Source: an uncultured Bacillota bacterium (GTDB lineage Bacteria; Sysuimicrobiota; Sysuimicrobiia; Sysuimicrobiales; Segetimicrobiaceae). Taken from it: 64,000 nt of DNA. Each line of letters starts with the position of its first letter. Position 1 is the stretch's first letter. The notes beneath the pieces are model-generated. The model saw only the letters and a program-made list of their open reading frames with translations, was not told where the DNA came from and searched no databases. This document shows, in pieces, positions 23,493-33,679 of this stretch. A program made the translations under genes and the position numbers. Location of the stretch: positions 192,001 through 256,000 of the forward strand of contig CAWDRG010000015.1 in the NCBI GenBank assembly GCA_963804645.1. Direction: 5' to 3'.

Positions 23493-24542
23493 ATGAGAGC
23501 CATCACCGTAGAACCGCACCACCCGCACACTGCACGCCTGGAAGACATCCCCGAGCCGGACGTGCGTGACGGGTCGATCCTCGTCGAAGCCATCGCGGTC
23601 GGCATTTGCGGGACCGACGTCGAAATTGTGGACGGCAAGTACGGGTGGGCCCCACCGGGCGAGACGCGCCTTGTGCTCGGACACGAATCCCTTGGCTGCG
23701 TGGTCGACCCGGGCCCGAGTGCCGCGTTTCGGAAAGGGGATCTCGTGGTTGGCATCGTCCGGCGCCCCGACCCCGTGCCGTGTTCCAACTGTGCGGTGGG
23801 TGAGTGGGACATGTGCCGGAACGGCCAATACACCGAGCGCGGCATCAAGGAGATCAACGGATTCATGTCCGAGCGCTGGCGGATCGAGCCCGAGTACGCC
23901 ATGAAGATCGACCCTTCACTCGGACTTCTGGGAGTGCTGCTCGAACCAACGACAGTCGTGACGAAGGCATGGGAGCAAGTGTTTGCGATCGGTCAGCGTG
24001 CCTTCTGGGAGCCGCGTACCGTGCTGGTGACCGGTGCTGGACCGATCGGTCTGCTTGCGGCTCTCGTCGCACGGCAGCGCGAGTTAGAGGTCCATGTCCT
24101 CGATCGGGTTGAATCGGGGCCCAAGCCCGACCTCGTTCGCGCTCTGGGGGCGACGTACCATACCGGCACGGTCGCGGACGTGGGCTTCGAACCGGACGTC
24201 ATCGTCGAGTGCACCGGTGTCGGGCAGGTCATCCAAGATGCGGTCACAGGAATCGGTGCGGGTGGTATCGTGTGCCTTACCGGTGTCGGGGCCGGCGGAT
24301 CAACGGTTGGGCCGGCCGTGGCTGACGTCGCAGCAGCGGCGGTGCTCAAGAACAACGCGATCGTCGGCAGCGTAAATGCCAACAAGCGGCACTGGTACAA
24401 GGCCGGACAAGCGCTGGCTCACGCGGACCGGTCGTGGCTGGCACGCCTGGTGACGCGGCGCGAGCCCCCGGAGAATTTCATGCGGGCCCTACAGCGTCAG
24501 CCCGAGGACATCAAGGTCGTCATTCAGTTTAGCGAGGCATGA
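23493..24542 (+). CDS. Zn-dependent glucose 1-dehydrogenase family
   Basis: GICGTD, LGHESLG, GIVRRPDP..C..C....WDMC, GAGPIG, GSVNA. Confidence 0.88.
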   Translation: MRAITVEPHHPHTARLEDIPEPDVRDGSILVEAIAVGICGTDVEIVDGKYGWAPPGETRLVLGHESLGCVVDPGPSAAFRKGDLVVGIVRRPDPVPCSNCAVGEWDMCRNGQYTERGIKEINGFMSERWRIEPEYAMKIDPSLGLLGVLLEPTTVVTKAWEQVFAIGQRAFWEPRTVLVTGAGPIGLLAALVARQRELEVHVLDRVESGPKPDLVRALGATYHTGTVADVGFEPDVIVECTGVGQVIQDAVTGIGAGGIVCLTGVGAGGSTVGPAVADVAAAAVLKNNAIVGSVNANKRHWYKAGQALAHADRSWLARLVTRREPPENFMRALQRQPEDIKVVIQFSEA

Positions 24543-24644
24543 TCACGATGCGCAGATCCGGATCAGGTGGATCCCCGTACGAGGGAGGAACTCGGTCGGG
24601 TGCGGCGCCGACAGGCGCCTGAGCCGAGCCGATCGGGCTGCAGC

Positions 24645-26342
24645 ATGCGGCATCTCAAAAGGCTCTTGATCATTGCGAGCTGCGCGGCGGCGATGGCGGT
24701 CGTCGTTCTGCCAATGGCCGCGGGGGCGGCGATTCCCGCCAATCCGTTGCTGGCACCGGCCACGACGACCGCGAGCCCCCCGCAACTTCCTGCCGGCGTC
24801 CGCCGCGTCGGGAACGTCGAGCTCGCCGCGGTCACGTTCCAAAACCGCGCGTTGTTCGACGTCACGGGACCCATCATCCAGAATCGGCAGGAATCCGGGG
24901 ACCAAGTGCCGGTGGAGATCCGTGCCGCGCAAATCGAGGAGAATCTTCGCAACGTCCTCATCAATGATCCACAGCGGTCGGGGTCGCTGTTCGGCGCCTA
25001 TGACACATACTACGATCCCGCCTCGTTCCGCGTGGCGGTGGTGAAAGTCGACGGTTTTCCGGTGCTGATGGCAGGGGACCGGAGACACCCCAACGACATC
25101 TCGCTCCTCACCGTAACCGACCGGGACGCACGATACTACAGTGTGACGGCCGATGAGCTGGCCAATCGGTGGGGGAGACAGCTCCAGGACGTTCTCGGCA
25201 AAGCGCTGGCGAGCCGCCAGCCGGCCGTCGTTGCGCGTCACCTCGAGCTTCTGCCGAAGATTTGGGGTGCGCTCGTCGTCCTCGGCGCCGCCTTGTGGCT
25301 CGCTCGGCGGCGCCTGGGCAAGAGGCGAGCCTCGCTGAGACAGGTGGGCCCCGTCGAGGAGGACGCGCGCGCGCGCGCCGAGAGAAGCCTTGCACTAGTG
25401 TCCGTCTTCGAGTGGATCGTCCTTTCGGCATTGGCCGTGCTGTGCCTCGGAGGGGTGTTGTGGACCCTCTCGCTGTTCCCGGGCACGGCGCCGATCGCGG
25501 CGGGGACATCGAGGCGGCTGCTGGTGATCGCCCTGATCTGGTTTCTCGCCGGCCTTCTCGACCGTCTCGGGAACGTTGCGATCCGGCGCGTCCTGTATGC
25601 GTGGGGAAACATGCACCCTTATTCCGGGGAAGACACCCGGCGCCAAGCGCGTCGCGGTCCGACGATCACGAACGCCGTGCAGGGCCTGAAAACGGCCCTC
25701 GTCTACCTGATCGCGATCGCTGCGACCGTGGAGGCCCTCGGGTTACCGCCTGTGCCGTTGCTGACGGTTGGAGCCATCCTCGGACTCGCGGTGTCGCTCG
25801 CCGTCCAGAACATCATCAAGGATTTTACCAACGGACTGCTTATTCTCGCCGAGGACCAGTACGCGGTCGGTGACTATATCTCGGTCGGCGAGATCGGCGG
25901 CGTGGTCGAGCGTCTGACGCTGCGCGCCACACGGGTGCGGGAGATCAGTGGACGTCTCACCACGATTCCAAACGGTCAAATCACGATCGTGCGCAACTCG
26001 GCGCGCGATTGGGCGCGCATGGACGTGACCGTGGAGGTCGCCTACGAGAGCGACGTCGGGCGCGCGCTGTCTGTCGTGACCGACGTGACCGAGACGCTGT
26101 ATCATGATCCGCAGTGGAGCGCGTTGATCCTCGAACCTCCGCGCGTCCTCGGCGTCGAGGTCGTCTCGCATGCGGGCGTCGGGATTCGCGTGTGGATCAT
26201 GACGTTGCCGATGCAGCGGCTCCCCGTGAAGCGCGAGTTCAATCGCCGCATGCGCCTTGCGCTGCAAGAGCACGGCATCTCGATCGGCATACCGCACCAG
26301 ATCGTGCGGCGCGAACCGCCCGACGGCCGCGACGACGCGTGA
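24645..26342 (+). CDS. MscS family mechanosensitive channel with periplasmic N-domain
   Basis: QNIIKDFTNGLLILAEDQYAVGDYI, GVVERLTLRAT, TIPNGQI. Confidence 0.9.
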   Translation: MRHLKRLLIIASCAAAMAVVVLPMAAGAAIPANPLLAPATTTASPPQLPAGVRRVGNVELAAVTFQNRALFDVTGPIIQNRQESGDQVPVEIRAAQIEENLRNVLINDPQRSGSLFGAYDTYYDPASFRVAVVKVDGFPVLMAGDRRHPNDISLLTVTDRDARYYSVTADELANRWGRQLQDVLGKALASRQPAVVARHLELLPKIWGALVVLGAALWLARRRLGKRRASLRQVGPVEEDARARAERSLALVSVFEWIVLSALAVLCLGGVLWTLSLFPGTAPIAAGTSRRLLVIALIWFLAGLLDRLGNVAIRRVLYAWGNMHPYSGEDTRRQARRGPTITNAVQGLKTALVYLIAIAATVEALGLPPVPLLTVGAILGLAVSLAVQNIIKDFTNGLLILAEDQYAVGDYISVGEIGGVVERLTLRATRVREISGRLTTIPNGQITIVRNSARDWARMDVTVEVAYESDVGRALSVVTDVTETLYHDPQWSALILEPPRVLGVEVVSHAGVGIRVWIMTLPMQRLPVKREFNRRMRLALQEHGISIGIPHQIVRREPPDGRDDA

Positions 26343-27278
26343 TGCGCCGTCCGGAGTCGGCCGTATCGAACCCTGTGTCCGCCGCCAGCTGTTCGACCAA
26401 TTCGTCCGCCAGGGCTGGCTCCGCAGTCCCGGTGGCTGTCGCCGTCTCTACGATCACCTGCTTGACCAACGTTTCGGCTGTTTGTGTTTCCGCCGTCCCC
26501 ATGGCGATCGTCGGGATGCGTGCCCAGAATGTCACGCCCCGCGTCGCGCAGAACGACACGAGCCGGCGCAGCGCGATCGACGGACACACCCTCCGGCATC
26601 CCGGCCATGTAATGAGCCTGCGGTTTCGCAAGCGGGTGGAAGAGGGCTTCGGGTGGTTGGGGCGGGTCGAGTGGCGATTGCTAAAAATCATATAGAACCT
26701 GCGTCAATCCCTGCAACGCTTCCTGGGGTCTCCAACGACCGCACACCTTCTAAGCAGCGGGTCGGGGCTCGAATCCACCGGGGCGCGCCAAGCCGTGTGT
26801 GACAAGTGTTTTCGACGATTTGCCCTTCTCCGAATCCGCCGGAGAAGCCAATGACGTTCATCAACAGGTAATGGGATGTGCAGATCGGGCGATCGCTGGC
26901 CCAGCGGCCCCCCCGATTCACGTTGCGGCAATCATCTTCGGCGCTCTCCTGTCGCGCAACGCCGCATCCCGCCTGGCCGACGGCGGCGGTAGCAGCGCAT
27001 TTATCTTGAAGGACCAACGGGAGCGGAGCATGTCTGCGCCAATCTTTCATGATCGCTACGCGTCGGGGCTTGCGGACATCATCCGCCACTTGGACAATGC
27101 CAGCAACCCCTCGGGGTGTTGGAGACGGACCTCGCGGTTGGGGCGGGGCTTGACCCCATGCATGGTCGGTGGTCGGCGGCGGCGAAGCGTGGTCGGGGCA
27201 CGGCGTCGAACACGTGCGATGCGGACAGCCGGGGGTAGAGAGGGACCGCGCTGCAGAGACCGATCAGGGGGCAACGTC

Positions 27279-28694
27279 ATGCCGATGGATACGCAGTCTC
27301 GGAAGGCCGCACCGAAGGTGCGCCGCCGGAAGCCCAGAGCCTCGGGGCGAACTCGCGCGGAGGCGAAGACGGCCGGCCGCGCGCTTCGTAACACCGTGCC
27401 GCGGGCGCTCCACGGCGAGTGGCAGACCGCAACCGCTCGCCGCGACCCCATTGAGCTTCTCGAACAGTCGAATCGCGGGCGGTTGCCGGAACTGGTGCCT
27501 ATTCGGTATGGGCGCATGCTGCGAAGCCCGTTCGCGTTCCTGCGGGGCGCGGCGGCGGTGATGGCCTACGACCTCGCGAAGACCCCGACGACCGGGCTGC
27601 GTGCCCAGCTGTGCGGCGACTGCCACCTGTTGAACTTCGGGCTGTACGCCACGCCCGAACGCCAGCTCGTGTTCGACCTGAATGATTTCGACGAGACCCA
27701 CCCGGGGCCGTGGGAGTGGGACGTCAAGCGCCTCGCGGCGAGCTTCGTGATGGCGGCCAGGGAGAATCAGCTGTCCGACGCCACGGCCCGCGACGTGGTG
27801 ATGCATTGCGTGATGCAGTATCGTGACGGAATGCGCGAGAACGCTCGGCTGACGCCGATGGAAGTCTGGTACCACCGTCTGGAGTGGAAGACGGTCGTTG
27901 AGCTCGCGCCGAGCGCGAAGCAGAGGCAGGCCCGTCAGCGGGCCGATGCGCAGGCGCGCCAGCATGTCGCCGAGCAGTTGTTTCCGAAAATCGCAAAGGC
28001 GGAGAAGAGCGGATACCGGCTGCTGGACCAGCCGCCGCTCATGACCCACGTCGCGAACGAACCGAATTGGGCTGAGCGGGTCCGACAGTCGCTCTCGGCG
28101 TATCGCCTGACGCTGCCAGACGATCTTCGCGCGCTTCTGGACCGCTATCATCTCGAGGATGTCGCGGCGAAGGTGGTCGGGATCGGAAGCGTGGGCACAC
28201 GGTGCTACATCGTGCTGTATATGTCGGCGGACGATGATCCGCTCATCCTGCAGGTCAAGCAAGCCATGCGGTCGGTGCTCGAACCGTACACGGGGCGAAG
28301 TCCGTACGACAATCAAGGACAGCGCGTCGTGATGGGACAGCGGTTGATGCAGTCCGCCAGTGACATCTTCTTGGGGTGGGCGCGCGGGCCGCGCGGCCGG
28401 AACTTCTACGTGCGGCAGCTGCGTGACATGAAGATGTCGGCGTCGCTCGAGGACTTGTCAGCGACGCAGGCGGTGGGATACGCGAGAATCTGCGGCTGGG
28501 CTCTCGCGTGCGCTCACGCCAGATCCGCGGACGCCGCCGCGATCAGCGGCTATCTGGGTCGTGGCGACCGGTTCGGCCGTGCGCTGGCGAAATTCGCCGC
28601 GGCGTACGCGGATCAGACGGAGCGGGATCACGCTGCCCTGGTGCGGGCCGTGCGTGCCGGACGGATCCAGGCAGTGTCTGAGGATTCGGTCTAA
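27279..28694 (+). CDS. DUF2252 family protein
   Basis: LVPIRYGRMLRSPFAFLRGAA, CGDCHLLNFG, FDLNDFDE, KVVGIGSVGTRC, YVRQLRDMK. Confidence 0.9.
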   Translation: MPMDTQSRKAAPKVRRRKPRASGRTRAEAKTAGRALRNTVPRALHGEWQTATARRDPIELLEQSNRGRLPELVPIRYGRMLRSPFAFLRGAAAVMAYDLAKTPTTGLRAQLCGDCHLLNFGLYATPERQLVFDLNDFDETHPGPWEWDVKRLAASFVMAARENQLSDATARDVVMHCVMQYRDGMRENARLTPMEVWYHRLEWKTVVELAPSAKQRQARQRADAQARQHVAEQLFPKIAKAEKSGYRLLDQPPLMTHVANEPNWAERVRQSLSAYRLTLPDDLRALLDRYHLEDVAAKVVGIGSVGTRCYIVLYMSADDDPLILQVKQAMRSVLEPYTGRSPYDNQGQRVVMGQRLMQSASDIFLGWARGPRGRNFYVRQLRDMKMSASLEDLSATQAVGYARICGWALACAHARSADAAAISGYLGRGDRFGRALAKFAAAYADQTERDHAALVRAVRAGRIQAVSEDSV

Positions 28695-28869
28695 CCGCGA
28701 TTGAATGCTTCACGGCGCGAAATCCCCGGACGACACCGATGGGCTCAGGCGGACGGGAACTGTGCACAGGTACGATAACTGCCTGCGACCAGGTCGGCAG
28801 CCGAGTGTTATGGGCGGGAGACAGCTCGTTTTTCCAGAACCAAATCAATGCTGGTCACTATCGCCGATC

Positions 28870-28895
28870 GGGGGTCCGCACACAGGTTCGCACAA
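28870..28895 (+). repeat. Candidate integrase arm-type site, copy 1
   Basis: ggggtccgcacacaggttcgcacaa; near-identical copy at 52848-52872; both lie near tRNA fragments. Confidence 0.6.
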
Positions 28896-28945
28896 GGCGA
28901 GGATCCTCTGAAAGGCCTGTAAATACGGGCGTTCCGGGCAGGGGG

Positions 28946-28997
28946 CGTTGGGCTCATAGCCCGAAGGTCGGAGGTTCAAATCTTCCCCCCGCTACCA
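28946..28997 (+). other. tRNA-fMet(CAT) 3' fragment, att-like site 1
   Basis: cgttgggctCATagcccgaaggtcggaggttcaaatcttccccccgctacca: anticodon arm, T arm and CCA present; no D arm or 5' acceptor strand. Confidence 0.85.
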
Positions 28998-29086
28998 AGT
29001 TCACTGAGTGGTTCTGCGTGACACTGCGCGGGTCCACTTTTGTTTTCCGAGAGATGTAACGAGCCTGTACTTCCCCAGTATTGGGA

Positions 29087-29338
29087 TTATCGCCGGTAAG
29101 CTTCGCGGCGATGTCGCACGTACTGAACTTCAACGATATTTGTGTTTACGATTCGATAAATGACTCGGTACTTGCCCATTCTCAGTTTCCAATACCCTTC
29201 CCACTCTCCGTGCAGCGGATCGCCCGCTCTGGGATCATCGATCAGTTGGTCTAGTGTTATCTCGAGCCTTCTCCGGAGTTCGGCGGGAATCTTCTGAATA
29301 TCGCGTAAGGCCCGCCCTGTGAATCGAAGTGCCGCCAT
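29087..29338 (-). CDS. RelE/ParE family toxin
   Basis: FTGRALRDI, PLHGEWEGYWKLRMGKYRVIY, VRHRREAY. Confidence 0.9.
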   Translation of the reverse strand: MAALRFTGRALRDIQKIPAELRRRLEITLDQLIDDPRAGDPLHGEWEGYWKLRMGKYRVIYRIVNTNIVEVQYVRHRREAYRR

Positions 29339-29625
29339 TAGCGATGCTTACGAGCGTCCCGCAGCGGAGGGTGACCGAACACATCCTCGTACGTGTATAC
29401 TCGATCCGCCTTGGCATCGGCCTGAGCCTCTCTCAGAGTCCTCAGCGCCCCCGGATCTGCCATTTCTTCGAGTGTCGCCATCATGCTGTTGTACTCATCA
29501 GTGCCGAGGAGGATGGCGACCGGGGTTCCTTCACGGGTAATGACCACTTGATCGCCTAGTTCAGCTGCGCGGATTAGCTTAGTAAGTTTCTGGTGAGCTT
29601 CCTTGACCCCGACTGTCCTGGCCAT
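29338..29625 (-). CDS. Phd/YefM family antitoxin
   Basis: VGVKEAHQKLTKLI...VVITREGTPVAIL...EYNSMMATLE. Confidence 0.9.
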   Translation of the reverse strand: MARTVGVKEAHQKLTKLIRAAELGDQVVITREGTPVAILLGTDEYNSMMATLEEMADPGALRTLREAQADAKADRVYTYEDVFGHPPLRDARKHR

Positions 29626-29668
29626 CGGGCACCTCACATCGTGTGGTATATACCCGAGTATATATATT

Positions 29669-29697
29669 AGTATAGATATTTCGCTGACCCTTGTCAA
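29669..29697 (-). promoter_or_regulatory. Sigma70 promoter of the phd-relE operon
   Basis: TTGACA-17 bp-TATACT on the minus strand, followed by gtatatac-type palindromes (likely operator). Confidence 0.8.
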
Positions 29698-29787
29698 AGG
29701 GTAAACCGTCGGTCATCGCGGGTGCAATTTCGCGTTTTGAGGAAACCTGCTCGAGCGGCACCAGGACGATTGGCAGAGGCAAAAGCG

Positions 29788-30186
29788 GTGGAGTTCGTCG
29801 TCGACACGTCGGCCTTGCTCGCGGTGCTGCTTGATGAGCCGGAGCGTCCGTCACTTATTGCTCGCACGCAGGGTGCGGTGCTGTTGGCTCCGGGCTCCGT
29901 CCCGTGGGAGGTAGGGAACGCACTCATTGCAGGATTTCGCCGGAAGCGACTCAGTGCTCGGCAAGTTCGGGATGCGTGGGTGTCATTCGAGCGGATCCCG
30001 CTGCGTTTGCTGCCCATCGCTGTTGCCAAGGCGCTTGAGTTGGCTGAGCAACTGGGACTCTACGCCTACGATGCCTATATTCTAGAGGCGGTCCGAGCCC
30101 ACCGCGCTCCTCTTTTGTCGATTGACAAGCACCTGCGGGCCGCGGCGCTGAAACTGGGGCTTGAGGTCTGGGAGGCGATGCCATGA
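29788..30186 (+). CDS. vapC: VapC/PIN domain toxin, copy 1
   Basis: VVDTSALLA, WEVGNAL, YAYDAYIL, LLSIDK; start uncertain. Confidence 0.85.
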   Translation: MEFVVDTSALLAVLLDEPERPSLIARTQGAVLLAPGSVPWEVGNALIAGFRRKRLSARQVRDAWVSFERIPLRLLPIAVAKALELAEQLGLYAYDAYILEAVRAHRAPLLSIDKHLRAAALKLGLEVWEAMP

Positions 30187-30458
30187 AGGTTTATACATAT
30201 TCTGAAGCTCGTCAGCGGCTCGCAAGCGTGTTGGAACAGTCACGGCGGGAAGGGCAAGTTCAGATCCGCCGCCGCGATGGGCAGTTGTTTGTACTGCAAC
30301 CAGCCGGCAGGGTAAGTTCTCCCTTAGATGTCCCGGGGATTACGGGGGATCTCCGGCCCGGTGAGTTGGCGGCTATGCTGCAGGAGAGCCGTCGGAGCGG
30401 CCACCGGTTCTGGGGCAACAGTCAAAGGGTGCCGGCACGGCGACAAGTGAAGCGATGA
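30183..30458 (+). CDS. Phd-like antitoxin, copy 1 (downstream of toxin)
   Basis: MKVYTYSEARQRLASVL...VQIRRRDGQ; overlaps vapC stop (ATGA). Confidence 0.8.
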   Translation: MKVYTYSEARQRLASVLEQSRREGQVQIRRRDGQLFVLQPAGRVSSPLDVPGITGDLRPGELAAMLQESRRSGHRFWGNSQRVPARRQVKR

Positions 30459-30479
30459 CGCCTCACCCCGGGGCCTGGG

Positions 30480-30520
30480 TAACCCGAAGGTCGGCGGTTC
30501 AAATCCTCCCCCCGCTACCA
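30480..30520 (+). other. tRNA-fMet 3' fragment, att-like site 2
   Basis: taacccgaaggtcggcggttcaaatcctccccccgctacca. Confidence 0.85.
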
Positions 30521-30525
30521 GTACA

Positions 30526-30566
30526 GAGGGCTCGCTCGAAGCATCGGAGCGAGTCCTTATTTTTTT
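30526..30566 (+). terminator. Terminator-like hairpin after tRNA fragment 2
   Basis: gggctcgctc...gagcgagtcc followed by a T run. Confidence 0.7.
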
Positions 30567-30655
30567 GAGATTGACTACTAGTTGAGTTGCGGATGTGGTC
30601 TCTCAAGCCGGTAACTTCCAAGCCTCCTTCGGCGAAGTAAGGGTATCTGGTCTGG

Positions 30656-31087
30656 TCAGGTTGACAGTACCTTCTTCAAGTAGTGCTTCTTGTGTCCAAT
30701 AGGGTATCCATCGAGGACACCGATTTCTTCGTAGCCGAGCTTTTCATAAAAACCAGGTGCCTGAAAACTATGTGTCTCGAGAGTGGCGATGTGGCAACCT
30801 CTGCGGATCGCCTCCTGTTCAACGGCGCGCATCAACTTTGATCCAAGTCCCTCTCCACGGAAGTCCTCGCGCACCCACAAGGATCGAATGTCGAGGCACC
30901 CACCCCATGTATACGCACGGATTCCGGCGATGAGCTGCCTCATGGAATCGCGCAAGAAGATCGCGAGGTCCCCGTAGTCGTAGATCTTTGTCTCCTCGAC
31001 GTTGAATGTGTCGACGTGGTCCCTGAGAGACTCGATGTCCTGGGGGTCGGGGTTGACTTCAATGTCGAATTGGAACTGCTGCTCCAT
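30656..31087 (-). CDS. GNAT family N-acetyltransferase
   Basis: LWVREDFRGEGLGSKLM, TLETHSFQAPGFYEKLGY. Confidence 0.92.
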   Translation of the reverse strand: MEQQFQFDIEVNPDPQDIESLRDHVDTFNVEETKIYDYGDLAIFLRDSMRQLIAGIRAYTWGGCLDIRSLWVREDFRGEGLGSKLMRAVEQEAIRRGCHIATLETHSFQAPGFYEKLGYEEIGVLDGYPIGHKKHYLKKVLST

Positions 31088-31205
31088 GACTGGCCCTCCC
31101 AGATCGAGTCCGAGTCGCAGTCACCATTCGGGAAAACAGGGATTCGACCTTCGGTGTTGGGGTAGCTGATCACGCCAGTAGTATCTGTCGTGTCGGTAAC
31201 TCCCA

Positions 31206-31225
31206 AAATCCTCCCCCCGCTACCA
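31206..31225 (+). other. Short tRNA-fMet 3' fragment, att-like site 3
   Basis: aaatcctccccccgctacca, starting in the T loop. Confidence 0.75.
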
Positions 31226-31232
31226 AGTTCAC

Positions 31233-31277
31233 CTAGAAGACTCGCTTGGTTAGCGCCGAGCGAGTCTTCTAATTTTG
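31233..31277 (+). terminator. Terminator-like hairpin after fragment 3
   Basis: tagaagactcgct...agcgagtcttcta followed by attttg. Confidence 0.75.
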
Positions 31278-31335
31278 CGTAAGCTTGGCTCGTGCCGCGC
31301 GACTTTAGGGTTCCGCCGTCTCCGAATCACTCCCA

Positions 31336-31355
31336 AAATTCTCCCCCCGCCGCCA
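31336..31355 (+). other. Degenerate tRNA-fMet 3' fragment, att-like site 4
   Basis: aaattctccccccgccgcca, preceded by the same actccca as site 3. Confidence 0.6.
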
Positions 31356-31655
31356 AACTTCCCGTAGCACTGGGTAGCGCCAGGCTCCGGGAACTGTCAT
31401 TTTCCAGGGCTTTCCGCGCGCTTGTCTCCGGCGTCCTGCACGCCGCTGCGCCGAATCGCGCCGGATGGAGCGTCGGATCGGTGCAGATTGAGTCCAGTGC
31501 TGAAGCCCTCTGGGAAGACGAGTTGTCGACCCACCTCGCCCTGTCGCTCCGGCAGCGACTTCATGCGGTGGCCGTACGGAGAAGGAGTTGGAGTCCCTTA
31601 ACGGAAGGTGCGAGCACGGGTGCCCATCTGCTTGGGCCCCGCGGAGGAGACGCGG

Positions 31656-32183
31656 ATGAATCCTTGGGGACCGTTTGTCGTCTTCATCGTGCTCGGCGTG
31701 GCCTGGACCTGTGTGTGGGCGTGGGCGGTCATCCGGGCGTCGGCGCCACCGGCGTCGTACGATGCCATTTACGCCAAAGGCGGGGCTCTGAGGCGGGCGC
31801 TGTTTCCGGTGCTCGCGGTGGTGCTGGCGGTGGCGTTCCTGGCTTCCATCCGGTGGTTTCCGTATCTCGGCCTGGCGGAAGCACGCCTCGGGCCTCCCAC
31901 GGTCCAGGTCGCCGTGACGTCGAAGATGTGGCTATGGACCATGAGCCAAACGCACGTGCCTGCCGGTACTCCTGTTGAGTTTTCGGTGACCTCGGTCGAC
32001 GTCAATCACGGATTCGGGATCTACGATCCTAGTGGTCATTTGATGGCGCAAGTGCAGGCGATGCCCGGATATACGAACCACCTGGTGGTGCGCTTTTCAC
32101 GGCCCGGTCAGTATCTGGTGCGGTGCCTGGAGTACTGCGGGAATCCCCATATCGCAATGATCGCCGTGCTCGACGTCCAATAG
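31656..32183 (+). CDS. Heme-copper oxidase subunit II (CuA), NorS-like
   Basis: Two TM helices, DVNHGF, QAMPGY, CLEYCGNPHIAM CuA motif. Confidence 0.88.
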   Translation: MNPWGPFVVFIVLGVAWTCVWAWAVIRASAPPASYDAIYAKGGALRRALFPVLAVVLAVAFLASIRWFPYLGLAEARLGPPTVQVAVTSKMWLWTMSQTHVPAGTPVEFSVTSVDVNHGFGIYDPSGHLMAQVQAMPGYTNHLVVRFSRPGQYLVRCLEYCGNPHIAMIAVLDVQ

Positions 32184-32197
32184 GGCGGGCGACGGGG

Positions 32198-33679
32198 ATG
32201 ACGGGAACACTGCTGAACGGGAAGAACGGCGCCGCACTCCGGGTCGCGCTCGTGTACCTGTATGTGGGATTGGTGTTGTTCCTGGTGATGGGCCTCTTCG
32301 GTCTTGCGATGCAACTCGGCCACGCGCAGTTTCTCCAGGTCGATCCGGCCCACTACGACGAGTTCTTCACGTTGCACGGCGCGGGCATGGTCGCCGGCGT
32401 GTTGCTTGGGGCGATGGGCGGCATCATTGCTGTGCTGAGCCCGCATGTGCGCCTCAACATCCGTCTTTTGTGGACCGCGTTCATTCTGTACATCCTCGGC
32501 ATCGGCTACATTCCCATCGCCGTCCTGCTCGGAGGTTTTGCCGCTGGCTGGACGGTGCTGTACCCACTGCCGATCGCTTATCAGGCAGGATGGACGCCGT
32601 GGGCCACGTTGGCGTTTCTGCTCGGCTACTTATTCGTCGCGCTGGGGTTCGGCGCGTGGTGCGTCGCAGTGGTGCTCGGGACCGCGCAGGCGTATGGGGG
32701 GCTGCGACGCGCCCTGGCGTGGCCGCTTCTGTTCTCGCGGAGCGGAGGGAAGGACCCTGGTCCCGTACCATACCTCCAGGACATCGTCGCGACGGTGATC
32801 GCCCTCTACGGAGCCTTCTCGGTCCTGGTCGGAGCGGTGTACCTGGTCCCGGTGTTTGGCCAGACTCTGAGCCTGACCGGTAACGTCGACGCGCTGCTCA
32901 TGAAGAATCTTGTCTATCTGTTTGGCCACGACATGGCCAACCTCACGATTTACCTTGGGGCCGGGATCGTCTATGCGACCTTGCCGTTGTACGCCGGGCG
33001 GGCGTGGAAGACCACTCGGCTCAGTGCGTTTGCGATCAACCTGCTCCTTGTTTCCATCCTGCTTCCGTACTTCCACCATCTCTACGAAGATTTTGCCAAC
33101 AGCGTGCCGCTCCAGTTCATCGGAGAGGTTGGGTCGTACGGGGCGGCGCTGCCCGTCCTGTTGGTGACCGTGCTGGGCGCGCTCATGCTGGTCCACCGCT
33201 CCGGGCTGCGCCTTGCAGTCACGCCGATCCTGATGCTGATCGGACTCTGGGGATGGGTGTTGGGCGGGATCGGTGCCGTGATCGATGCGACGATTCCGGT
33301 CAACCAAGTGTATCACAACACGATGTGGGTACCGGCACACTTCCACACGTACTATCTGCTCGGGGTGGTCGCATTCGTCTGGGCGTTCCTCTACCATTTG
33401 GTGACCGACCTCAGCGGGAAGCCAGAGCCAAGACTGAGCCGCACCGCAGCATGGGTCTACGGCGGGGCCGGGGTGGGGTTCGTGATGACGTTCTTCATCT
33501 CCGGGGCGGCGGGGATGCCTCGACGTTATGCGGTCCCGGTGCCGAGTACTGGGGAGGAAACACTGGCTGCCATCGGCGCGGGTTTCACAACACTCTTGGG
33601 GCTTGCGCTGGTGTGGCTCACGTACGACCTTCTCGCCCGGTTAGGCCCCGCCTGGCAGCGCACGCGGGGAGCCGGTTGA
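32198..33679 (+). CDS. Heme-copper oxidase superfamily subunit I, probable sNOR-type NO reductase
   Basis: TLHG, GWTVLYPL, YLFGHDMANLTIY (Asn at the cross-link Tyr position), FHHLY, HNTMWVPAHFH, GMPRRY. Confidence 0.8.
   Translation: MTGTLLNGKNGAALRVALVYLYVGLVLFLVMGLFGLAMQLGHAQFLQVDPAHYDEFFTLHGAGMVAGVLLGAMGGIIAVLSPHVRLNIRLLWTAFILYILGIGYIPIAVLLGGFAAGWTVLYPLPIAYQAGWTPWATLAFLLGYLFVALGFGAWCVAVVLGTAQAYGGLRRALAWPLLFSRSGGKDPGPVPYLQDIVATVIALYGAFSVLVGAVYLVPVFGQTLSLTGNVDALLMKNLVYLFGHDMANLTIYLGAGIVYATLPLYAGRAWKTTRLSAFAINLLLVSILLPYFHHLYEDFANSVPLQFIGEVGSYGAALPVLLVTVLGALMLVHRSGLRLAVTPILMLIGLWGWVLGGIGAVIDATIPVNQVYHNTMWVPAHFHTYYLLGVVAFVWAFLYHLVTDLSGKPEPRLSRTAAWVYGGAGVGFVMTFFISGAAGMPRRYAVPVPSTGEETLAAIGAGFTTLLGLALVWLTYDLLARLGPAWQRTRGAG

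Noticed and set aside
26342..27278. ORFs between mscS and DUF2252, and the long N-terminal extension of DUF2252
   Set aside because: No motifs, RBS or convincing coding bias.
28946..28997. Functional tRNA-Met gene
   Set aside because: D arm and 5' acceptor strand are absent; treated as an att fragment.
30526..31277. Hairpins as integron attC sites
   Set aside because: No RYYYAAC/GTTRRRY boxes framing them and no IntI; they look like intrinsic terminators following tRNA ends.
32198..33679. Ordinary cytochrome c oxidase subunit I (ctaD/coxA)
   Set aside because: Lacks HPxVY and the cross-link Tyr; no subunit III in the cluster.
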